Below, one piece after another: positions 26,371 to 37,500 of a stretch of 64,000 nucleotides of DNA. The position numbers and the translations under genes were made by a program. A model generated the notes under the pieces. That model had not been told where the DNA came from, did no database searches, and worked only from the letters and a program-made list of their open reading frames with translations. The DNA is taken from the sequence record KJ019103.1. One strand, 5' to 3'. Numbering within the stretch: the stretch's first letter is position 1; every line of letters starts with the position of its first letter.

Positions 26371-27867
26371 ATGGATCTCCAATCATATATCCAACTTAAA
26401 GAGGCGTACACCAACGTCCACTCCCCAAAGGTAGAAGTCACTAGAGAAGAAGTTGATGCTTTCATTGATGCTCTACTGGAAGAAGGATACGATCTAAGTG
26501 AGTTCACTTGGGAGGAAGTCCGTGATGCTTACCTAGAAGAGGGTGTTGCTAATAATCCTCGTTGGGGAGTTATTGGTCAAGGTGCAAGACTTCTTCAGAA
26601 AGGTTTTGGTAACAAAGAACAGGGAGATGCTGCTAGGGATTATGAGACATCTGTAAATAATATTAATAGTCGTAGAAATCAAAATTCTAGTACATCAACC
26701 GCAACTGCTAACGAGATTGCAGCAGAAACCAAAGGTAGGAAAGCTCAGACAGGTGGTGGATCTAGTTCTAGTGGATCTAGTTCTAGTGGATCTGGTGGAT
26801 CAAGTCTCTCTGATTCTGTTGCTAGAAAACAGAAAGAGGCTGATGCCAAACGCGCAAGACAAAGGGAGACTGGTGGAACTGGAGCCACCGACAATAAGCC
26901 CGCTGGTGGTTCCGGTGGATCCGGTGGTTCCGGTGGATCCGGTGGTTCCGGTGGATCCGGTGGTTCTGGTGGATCCGGTGGCGGCAGTAATAGACCAGTA
27001 GCAAAGGCTAAGCCAGTACAGACAGCACAACAGAAGGCAGACTCTTCTACTAACGCACAGTATGACAAGTTGAGGAAGTCTGATCCAGCTGCCGCTAAGA
27101 AGTTTGGTATGGCTGCATCACAGAAGAAGTTTGGTAATCAACTAAAGCCAAAGACTCCAAATCCATTGATGAGGGGTATGAATACTGCTTCTACTAAGCC
27201 AGCAACTACTCCTAAGCCAGCAACTACTCCTAAGCCAACAACTCCAGTATCAGACTCATCTCCTGTTAGGGCAATGAGTAAGACTACCCCCACACCAGCT
27301 GCCTCCAAGCCAAAGGCAACACCTATCAAGTCAAGTCGCCTAAACAAGGCACTATCCAGTGTTGGTGAAGCAGTGGAATTTGATTCCTTTGATATCATCC
27401 TAGAATACCTAGTTGATTCTGGTTTCCCACAACAGGAAGCTCTCGTCATCATGGCGGAAATGCCTGAAGAGAAACGCGAAGAGATTCTCGAAGCTATGAA
27501 GCATCGTGACGCCAAGACTGGTGAAGTCACAGACAAGCCTGAAATTGGCAAGACATACTACCCCCATGGTGAGCGTCAGAAGTCTTCTGTAGCTCTTCGC
27601 AAAGAGAAGGAGAGGGCAGATGCTAAAAAGAAATCAGTGAAGGAGGATAGAGCTTCCCTCGCAGATGCCTATCGGGCAGTTTATTCTGAGGAAGCTTCCG
27701 ATACTAAAAAGGATAAGCACCTAGAGCGTGGTGGTCACTCTGCTAAGACTGACTATAGTAAGCCACCTTCTACTGGTAACACCTTCGGTAAGAAGCCATC
27801 TATGAGTGAGGAAGATCGTAGTGAGGCTATGGCTAAGATTGTGGCTAGAATGAAAGGTAAGAAATAA
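26371..27867 (+). CDS. Low-complexity late protein, probably virion/internal (GS linkers, PATTPK repeats)
   Basis: Late promoter at 26337; repeated EAYxxVY-type motifs; terminator at about 27880-27911. Confidence 0.7.
   Translation: MDLQSYIQLKEAYTNVHSPKVEVTREEVDAFIDALLEEGYDLSEFTWEEVRDAYLEEGVANNPRWGVIGQGARLLQKGFGNKEQGDAARDYETSVNNINSRRNQNSSTSTATANEIAAETKGRKAQTGGGSSSSGSSSSGSGGSSLSDSVARKQKEADAKRARQRETGGTGATDNKPAGGSGGSGGSGGSGGSGGSGGSGGSGGGSNRPVAKAKPVQTAQQKADSSTNAQYDKLRKSDPAAAKKFGMAASQKKFGNQLKPKTPNPLMRGMNTASTKPATTPKPATTPKPTTPVSDSSPVRAMSKTTPTPAASKPKATPIKSSRLNKALSSVGEAVEFDSFDIILEYLVDSGFPQQEALVIMAEMPEEKREEILEAMKHRDAKTGEVTDKPEIGKTYYPHGERQKSSVALRKEKERADAKKKSVKEDRASLADAYRAVYSEEASDTKKDKHLERGGHSAKTDYSKPPSTGNTFGKKPSMSEEDRSEAMAKIVARMKGKK
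26905..26976 (+). repeat. 18-bp tandem repeat x4 encoding (GGS)n
   Basis: ggtggttccggtggatcc x3 plus one variant copy. A 15-bp x2 repeat is at 26758-26787 and an 18-bp PATTPK repeat is near 27136. Confidence 0.9.
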
Positions 27868-27945
27868 TAGTGTTATAATAACCCCATAGGTCCATTCCCA
27901 TGGGGTTTTTTGTTATGAATACATAAAACTAGATGGACTTACTCC

Positions 27946-28320
27946 ATGAATACATATGGTTCTCCCGAAGGTTATCTCTTTAACCTTCATACCTGCTCAG
28001 CATCAGAAGCGAAGCGAATGTGGAAAGAATCTATAAAGAATGATTGGAAACATAAATGTGCTTATTGTGGATCGGAACATGAAATTACTTTAGATCATAT
28101 AGTACCCAAAGCGAAAGGGGGTACTAGTCATACAACCAATGTCGTAGCTTGTTGTCGTTCTTGTAACGGGAGTAAGGCATATGAGGATTGGATTATCTGG
28201 TATATTCAACAGCCATTCTTCACTGAAGAGAGGAGGGAGGCTATTGAAAAGTGGATGGAGAAGGGCCTCCTCAACAATAACTTAGTTGCATATCCACCCA
28301 GAAGAAATGTCGTTTATTGA
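27946..28320 (+). CDS. HNH endonuclease
   Basis: CAYCG...TLDHIVPKAKGG...NVVACCRSCNGSK. Confidence 0.92.
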   Translation: MNTYGSPEGYLFNLHTCSASEAKRMWKESIKNDWKHKCAYCGSEHEITLDHIVPKAKGGTSHTTNVVACCRSCNGSKAYEDWIIWYIQQPFFTEERREAIEKWMEKGLLNNNLVAYPPRRNVVY

Positions 28321-28326
28321 GTCTTT

Positions 28327-28455
28327 ATGGATTCCTATCACCCGTCTAGGGCAGATCAAGAACTAGAACTAGAACAGCAAGAACTAAAAACAATCATAGG
28401 AGGATCTATACTATCCTTCTTCACTGTACTTATACCTTTTATTATACTTCTCTAA
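28327..28455 (+). CDS. Small C-terminally anchored membrane protein; not in the ORF track
   Basis: MDSYHPSRADQELELEQQELKTIIGGSILSFFTVLIPFIILL. Confidence 0.45.
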   Translation: MDSYHPSRADQELELEQQELKTIIGGSILSFFTVLIPFIILL

Positions 28456-28536
28456 AACCTTTCAGTTCAGGCGATATAAATAAACCTAAGAAGAGTATAT
28501 GCGTTCTTCGTCGGATAGCCTGAATCGACAAAAGAG

Positions 28537-31500
28537 ATGATCTCAACAGCGACTAAGATTAAATTTAAAAGGTCTGGTGTAGCCGGACGTAGACCCTCCT
28601 TAGCTGATCTTCAGTTAGGTGAATTGGGGATCAATTATAACGATGGTAAACTATTTTTCCGACAGGAAAATGAAGTAGTTGGCTCTCGTATCATTGAACC
28701 TGGACAGGGTGATGTAATCGGTAAGACTATTTTCGTATCCACAAAGGGTAACGATAACAATAGTGGTCTTAACGAAAGAGATGCCAAGAGAACTGTTAAA
28801 GCGGCCGCCGCAGTAGCAGAACCTGGTGACTCCATCAAACTGTATCCAGGTCAGTACATCGAAGATAACCCTATCGTATTTAAGGATAGGGTATCTGTAG
28901 AGGGTATGGAGCTTCGTAACGTTCTCGTTACTCCAGCCAACCCCAGTAAAGACTTGTATCAAGTTGGTGAGGCGTTCCACGCTACCAACCATTCCTTTGT
29001 GTCCAATAGGGATTCAACAGATGGTGCCTCTATTATCACCTATCGTCCTCTAGAGGGAACTGCGTCTGACAGGTATTTTGACGCGGCTAGACTCATCAGG
29101 GACAATCTTAGCTTCATTGCTAACGAGACAGTAGGTTTCCTAACCAGTGGATATTCAGGCTTTGCCGCTGGTCAGAGATCACAGGACGCTGCTCGTGCTC
29201 TAGAACTAAACAAGAACTTCATAGTAGAAGAAGCATTTCAATATATCAACTCTCCTGATTATACAGGAGCCACATACTTCAACCCAGACCCAGCACAGTG
29301 TAAGAGAGACCTAGGAAATATCATTGATGGTTGGAGATATGATCTCATCTCTGATGGTAACACCAGATCTACTGGTCTTGGTCTAACCTACTACGCACCT
29401 ATTCCCTTTGTGAATAGTGCTAATGTTGCTGACCTTGTATACAACAGAAATAACGGTGATGTTCTAATTGAAACCGACGTAGATACACAGGTTTCAGTTG
29501 GTGAGAAGATCAAACTACAGGATATCAGACTAGAGTGTGGTTCCTACAATAACGACTTCTTTATCACTGGTTTCAAGTATGATAACACCAGTGGTATTGG
29601 AACAGTTAATCTACCCTTTATCCATAACGTCAAGGTTGGAGACCTTGTTAAGTTTGATGGTTTAGAGTTTGATTGTCCTGCCTATGGTGCCATTGAATAT
29701 GGTATCCAAGACTTCAAGTATAATGAAACTACTGGTGGAAGTGTTGTCACACTCACCGAAGATCATGATCTAAAGATTGGTGACACCATTGAACTAAGAG
29801 ACCTTCAGTTCGATTGTCCCGCCTATGGTGGTGACTTCACTAACATCATCAACCTAGAATACAATAAGACCAGTGGTCAGGGTGTTATCACATATGACAA
29901 ACCCGCCGATCTCAAGTCTGGTGACGTTGTTATCCTCTATGACCTCACACTAACTTGTGATGCTTATGGTAACGCTATCTCAGTTACTGATTTCTCTTAT
30001 GATAACTTCACTGGTATCACTGAAGTAGAAGTAAATAGACCCCACAACCTCCGTCCCGGAGACCTAATCAAACTAGAGAACCTTAAGTTCTCTTGTGATT
30101 CCTACCTTAATGAAACATACAAGGTCTCTAACTTTGTATATAATGAGAGCACTGGTGATAGTGTCCTCACCCTAACTGAACCACATAGTTTAGTTGCTGG
30201 TAAGAACGTCAGACTTGCTGACCTAGTTTTCTCCTGTAACTCCTATGTTCCAACCGCTAAAGCAATCTCTGATTTCCAGTATGATGAAGTAGTTGGTATC
30301 TCTACTATTACTCTAGCATCTCCACACAACTTATCAGTTGGTGAGCAGTTCAGACTAGAGGATTTAGTATTCTCCTGTAACTCATATTCCTTCACTGATA
30401 TTCCTATCATTGATGCACCATATGATAATGTAACTGGTTATGTAACCCTATCGTTCTCTGGTGACCACGGACAACAGGTTGGTGAGAGAGTAAGACTCAG
30501 AGATATTGAGTACTCCTGCCCTGGTGGTTCAGGTATCACTACAACCTTGTTCCCCGATGGAACCTTTGGTTATGAGTTTGAAATCCTAAGTGTTCCAAAC
30601 ACTAAGAAGATGATTCTTAATGTTGGCACCTCCACTATTGAACACTCCTATGTGAGTGGTGGTACTGCTACCGTTGGTATTACAACTACTATCTTCCCTG
30701 ATGGAACACAAGGTTTCGACTTCAATGTATCCAGTGTTAATAGTTCCACTGTTATCGAAGCAAGTGTTGGTATTTCTACCATCGCTCACAACTATGTTTC
30801 TGGTGGATCATTATTCGTTGGTTTCACTACCACAGTATTCCCCGATGGAACACAAGGTGATACCTTCAGAGTTAATTCTATTCCTTCTAGCACTCAAATC
30901 AGTGTTAATGTTGGTGTATCTTCTATCGCCCATACTTTCGTATCCGGTGGTACAGCAACTGACCTAGACTCTTTCATCCCTGTATCTGGTTTCACCTACA
31001 ATGAAGGTGACGGAACTGGACTAGTATCCCTAGACAAGGCACACAACCTAGTGGTTGGTGACTCTTTTGTTCTAGAGGATCTTAAGTTCAACTGTAACTC
31101 CTACAGAACAGGTGGTACTTCTACTATTGATATCACTAACTTTGAGTATGATAAGGTAACCGGACTATCTACAGTCACACTATCTTCTTCACACAACCTA
31201 CATGTTAATGATACCGTAGCACTATATGATATCAAGTTCTCTTGTCCTGGTGGTTCAGGTATTACAACTAATATCTTCCCCGATGGAACCAGAGACAACT
31301 TCTATGATGTAGTTGCTGACCTAAACCCCAACCAGATTATTGTTCGTGTTGGTAAGTCTGACATTACTCACACATACGCTAGTGGTGGTAGTCTATCCGT
31401 TGGTATCACTACTAACATCTTCCCTGATGGAACTAGACCTTCTGGTGACTTCTTCCAGGTTATCTCTGTTCCTTCTACCAAGTCTGTTCTAACTCAGGTT

Positions 31501-34500
31501 GGTCTATCCTCTATCGCTCACTCATACGCAAGTGGTGGTAAGTTCTACACTGGTATCACTACTAATGTATTCCCACAGGTATTCACCGACCCCAACATCA
31601 AGGTAACCAACGCTGTATATGACGAAGTATCTGGTGTTATCACCATTACTACTAACAAGGCACACGGACTTACCGCTACCGCACCTGTTCTACTACAGGA
31701 TCTAAACTTCTCTTGCCTCTCTGGTGGTGTAGGAAACACCCCAGGCAACCTTGTGTTCCCCAGGAACCAGGAAGTTTATGATGTTGTGTCCGTTCTATCT
31801 ACTACACAATATACGATCAATGTAGGTCCTTCTGACTTCGCTCACGCATATGTTGATGGTGGTACTTCTACCACACAGAACATCACTAAGGCATCCTACA
31901 ACAAAGGAACTGGTGATCTAACAGTAACCCTAGACAAGCAACACGGTTATTCAGTTGGTGATCGTGCTAGTGTGGTTGATCTCCTCTTCTCCTGTCAGTC
32001 TGGTGGTCCTAACAACCAACCTGGAACACTTCTATTCCCCAGACCTACTGATGAGTATGAAGTTCTATCTGCAAGTGGTAAGACACTCACAGTTAATGTT
32101 GGAGCGTTCCCATCACTAGTTCATACCTATAAGAATGGTGGATCACTAACCTATAGTTCTACTGTACTTCCTGTAAGTAACGCAGTTTATGATCAATCAA
32201 CTGGAGTTCTAACACTTACCACATCAATTGCACTAGGGGCACCTGTTGGTTCTACCATTAAGATGCAGGGTCTAAACTTCTCCTGTGCCTCTGGTGGTCC
32301 TGGTAATGACGCTGGTGCTATTGTATTTCCAAGACTAGACACTCCTACCTTCAAGGTTAAGGAAGTCAAGAGTGGTGTATCCTATGTTATCAATGTAGGA
32401 ACCTCTACACTCTCACACACATATACATCTGGTGGTTTCTCCTCACTCAAGAAGTTGAAGAACGACCCCAATATTTTCAAAGTTATCGACACCCCAACAC
32501 CTAGTAAGGTTATTACTAATGTAGGTGTCTCATCTATCGCTCATGACTATGTGAGTGGTGGTAATATGTTCGTGGGTATCACCACTAATGTATTCCCTGA
32601 TGGAACTCGCCCTGATGGAAGTAGGTTCGAAGTTATCTCCGCCCTATCACCCAACCAGGCACTCATCAACATCGGTGTTTCTACTATCACCCACAACTAC
32701 GATAGTGGTGGTAGGATGCAGTATGGTACTACCAATGAGAGACCTGTTCTAGACTTCCTATACGATGGTCAGACTGGTATCTCCACTGTAACTATTAGAG
32801 GAACTCATGGTTTGAACCAGGGTGACCTAGTGAAACTCAGAGGTCTTGAGTTCGCTTGTACTAACTCACCTGGTATTACAACTACTATCTTCCCAGATGG
32901 AACTGCCGCTGGTCTCAATATCTACAAGGTTACTGAGATTATTAGTAACAGTACCTTCAAGACAAATGTAGGTAGAGTTGGATTCGATCATACTTACATC
33001 CAAGGTGGTTCCGCTTTCGTTGGTATCACTACTAACATCTTCCCAGATGGAACACAAGGTTACAACTATACAGTTGCCGCCATTCCTAATAAGAATCAGG
33101 TAACAGTTGATGTGGGTATCTCCAGTATCCAACATGATTATATTCGTGGTGGATCACTATTCTCTGGTAAGACTAACGAGAGAGATATCGCAGACTTCAA
33201 GTATGATCACATCTCTGGTGATGCGGTTCTTACCTTCAGAAAGGCACAGAACTTATTCACACAAGATCTAGTAAAACTTAAGAACCTTCAGTTTGATTGT
33301 CCAAACTCTACTGGTATCACTACTACTCTCTTCCCAGACGGAACCAGAAGTAACCTCTTCCTAATCAAGGAGAGACTAAACCCAACACAGTTCAAACTCA
33401 ATGTTGGCACTTCACCATTCGGTCATGACTATGTGAGAGGAACAGGTCAGGCATTCGTTGGTATCACTACTAACATCTTCCCTGATACCAAGACACAACC
33501 AAGTAAGTTATTCAAGGTTGTTGATGTCCCAACTCCTACTACTATCTCCGCCAAGATTGGTGTATCCACTATCTCCCACTCATATGTTAAGGGTGGTAAG
33601 GTATTCGTTGGTATTAACACTGATATCTTCCCTGGAGATGAGCAAGTATCACCACTAGGTGACACATATACAGTTCAGAGTATCACTAAAGATGGTGAGT
33701 TGGTTATCAATGTTGGACTATCTTCTATCAGTCACTCCTATGGTGGCGGTGGTAAGGTTCTATATGGACAGAGTTCTGGTAACAACCTACAACATATCAC
33801 TGGTCCTGGTGTCCTAGATGCAACCATCGCCGCTGTGGACTTCGAGAAACAGGTAGCAATCAACGCACTAAACAACAGACCTTGGGGTTCATTCGTTCCT
33901 GAAGAGACTGCTGTTGTGGAGGCGTTCGCCTATGATAACCAGACTGGTTTCGGAACAGTAACTGCTAGAGGAATCAACGTCAACACTGGTGACACCATCA
34001 GAATGAGTGACATTCAGTTTGTTTGTTCTGAGGAATACGCAGGTGTAACCACTACCTTCTTCCCTGATAATACTAGACCAGAGGGTCAGTACTTTAGAGT
34101 AGAAAGAAGAATCAACATCGATGAGTTTGAAGTTAATATTGGTGTTTCTACTATCAAACACGTATTCAACTACGAAACAGGTGGTAACGTATATCGTTAC
34201 AGACAGTCTATTCTAGATGTTAACTACGATAGATCCAGTGGTATCACTAGTATCCGAGCAACCAAGCATGGTTACAAGGCGAAAGATATCGTGGAACTAG
34301 GTGATATCGAGTTCGATTGTCCCGTATTCAAACCTCAATATGATATTGAGAACTTTGTTTATGATAACACAACTGGTCTATCCACAGTTACTACTACTGT
34401 AGATAACACTATCAAGGTAGGTGACAATGTAAAACTAGCAGACATCAAACTAGAGTGTCCTCCATATGGTAACCAGAGAGTTATTGATAACTTTGTTTAT

Positions 34501-37500
34501 GATAACAAGAGTGGTCTTTCCACCATATCACTAACAGCAGCACACGGACTCAACCTAAGACCTAGACCTTCTGTTTCTATCTCTACCGCCCTCTATGATA
34601 ACCAGACTGGTATCCTAACCGTTACCACCAATGCTGACATCAACTTCACCGATAGAAGTGGTCAGGGTGTTCAACTCAGTGGTCTAAGGTTCTCCTGTGA
34701 CTCCGCTGGTTTCCCTGGAACTCTCACCTACCCTGAAGAGAATCTAGTTTATGATATCCTAGAGATTCAGTCTCCTAGTAAGTTTAAGATTAATGTTGGT
34801 CTCTCCACTATCGCTCACGAGTATGTGAATGGTGGTGCCGCTACTAAGGTTGATAGATTCGATGTGAAACTACAGGGTATCAAGTTTGATTGTCCCGCCT
34901 ATGGAAACACAATCGATGTTACTAACTTCCTATACGATCAGAGAAGTGGTAACTCACTAGTTACCGTAGATAAGGCACACAAACTATCTGTTGGTGATAA
35001 CATCAAACTAGCGGATCTCAAGTTCCAATGTGCTCCATATGGTAACGATTACAATGTTCTAAACGCAGATTACGACAACACAACTGGTATTATTACAGTA
35101 ACCACTAACCAAAACATCAACGGTGTTGGTGTTGGTGATACTATTCGCCTCTCCAGACTACAGTTTGATTGTGTAGGTAGTGGTCCTGAGTATAATATCA
35201 CTAACGTATTCTTCAATACTGGTAACAGATCAGTTATTCTCACAGTTCCTGAAAGACCAATTGGTCTAAACCCAGGTGATGACATTAAACTAACCAATAT
35301 GTCATACCTAGAAGGTGGTAGTGGTAATGTAGTTGCGTATCCAGACGGAAGAGATTCGAGTCTAAACATCTTCCGTATCAATGATGTTCAACCTAACTCC
35401 ATTCTCCCTGGATACTTCGATGTAACCACAGCGTTCCCCAATGTTAAGGATCCTTTCGCGATCTTCAACAATACTGGTAGACTAACCACTGGTATTACTA
35501 CTAACATCTACCCTGAGAATGTAGGTGCTGAAGGTGGTTTCTATGAAGTTATCCGCCTAAGACAAGATAACCAGTTTGAGATTCAGGTAGGAACCTCTAC
35601 TATCACTCACAACTATGTGAGACAAGGACAGATGTTCACTGGTGTAACCACCAACTTCTTCCCTGGTAACCTACAGAACTCACCTAGAGGAAACATCTTT
35701 GAGATTGTGGAAGTTCCCACAGCAACACAGGTGAGAATCAATGTAGGTGTATCTTCTATCTCTCATAGTTATGATAGTGGTGGTCAGATGTTTGTTGGTA
35801 TTACTACTAACATCTTCCCTGATGGAACCAGAGGTAACCTATTCCCAGTTGTTGGAGTGGCAAATACTCTCACCCTAAGAATCGACGCTGGTGTATCCAG
35901 TATTCCTCACAACTATGTTTCTGGTGGAGAACTATTCGTAGGTATTACAACTAATATCTTCCCTGGTAACTCACAGAACTCACCAAGAGGTAGTATCTTC
36001 AAGGTTCTATCTAAGGATAACGAGTGTGGTGCTGATAGATTCACTATCAATGTTGGTGTATCTTCCATCACTCACGGTTATGTTGAGGGTGGAACAGTCA
36101 CCACTGGTGTTACAACTAACAAGTTCCCTGATGGAACACACGGATTCAAGTTCCCTGTTATCGATGTTCTAGATGACAACTACTTCACCGTGAATGTTGG
36201 TACTTCTACTATCACTCACAACTATATCTCTGGTGGTTTCACTAGAAGACTTGAAGTTCCTATCAATAGTTTCGTATATGATAGAGTTTCTGGTCTATCC
36301 ACAGTGGGTATCCAAAGTCACAGAATGAATATCGGTGACCTTGTGAAACTTCGTGATGTGAAGTTCAACTGTGATCCATATGGTGGAGAAAAGACTATCT
36401 CTGGTGTTGTTTATGATAATACCTCTGGTAGAATGACCGTTAACACCACTGGTTCTCATAGTCTAAACATCAATGATGTTGTGAAACTCTCCAATATTCA
36501 GTTGGATTGTTCCCCATATGGTAACGAGAGAACTATTACCGCCGCCACCTACAACAGAAACAATGGAAACCTAAGTGTTCAGGTATCTGAACCTCACAAC
36601 CTCAAGATTAGTGAGAATGTGAAACTTAAAGGTTTAGAGTTCTCCTGTTCCTCAGAACACGCAGGTGTGACAACAACAATCTTCCCAGATTCAACCGCAC
36701 CTTCTCTAAACATCTACGCCATCCAGAGTATCACCAACTCCACAACCTTCATGGTTAATGTTGGAACCTCTACTATCAGTCACAACTATGTTTCTGGTGG
36801 TTCCGCTTTCGTAGGTATCACAACTAACATCTTCCCAGGTGATAGCCAGAACTCCCCCAGAGGTTCTTTCCTCAGTGTGGTAGATATCCCAGCATCAGAC
36901 GCCTTCGTGGTGAATGTAGGGGTTTCTACTATCTCTCACGGGTATGTTAGAGGTGGATTGGTTCAGACAGGTATTACAACTGATGTATTCCCTGATGGAA
37001 CACAGAGTGATTTCTTCAAGATTGAAGATGTCCCTAGTAATAATACAGTTGTAATCAACGCAGGTATCTCTTCTATCATCCATAGATACAACTCTGGTGG
37101 TTTCGCCGCCAAGTATGTTACCTATCAGTCCAATAACTCACAACTACTTGATAGTTCTGTTATTAGAGTGAGTGGTGATTGTATGGCAGTTGGTGAGAGA
37201 GTTGAAGAACTCGCAGGTATTGTTACCTCCATCATCAAGAATGGTCCTTCAATCGCACCTGGTGGTATTCCAGTAGATGTGGTAAGTGCATCCTACGACC
37301 AGTCTGGTGGAGCACTATCAGTCACAGTCAAAGACGCAATTGACCTCACACCAACTAACATAGTTAGAATCGAAGGTCTTATCTTCGAGTGTGAGTCCTC
37401 TGGTGTAACAAACACTCGTGTATATCCTGACAATAAGGTATTCAACTATGAGGTTCTATCAGTTCAGTCTCCAACAACCTTCACTATCAATGTAGGTTCT

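Noticed and set aside
26745-27068. Pro-rich minus-strand ORFs (PPDPPEPP) over the GGS repeats; the repeats as a possible CRISPR array
   Set aside because: These are reverse translations of contiguous coding tandem repeats with no unique spacers.
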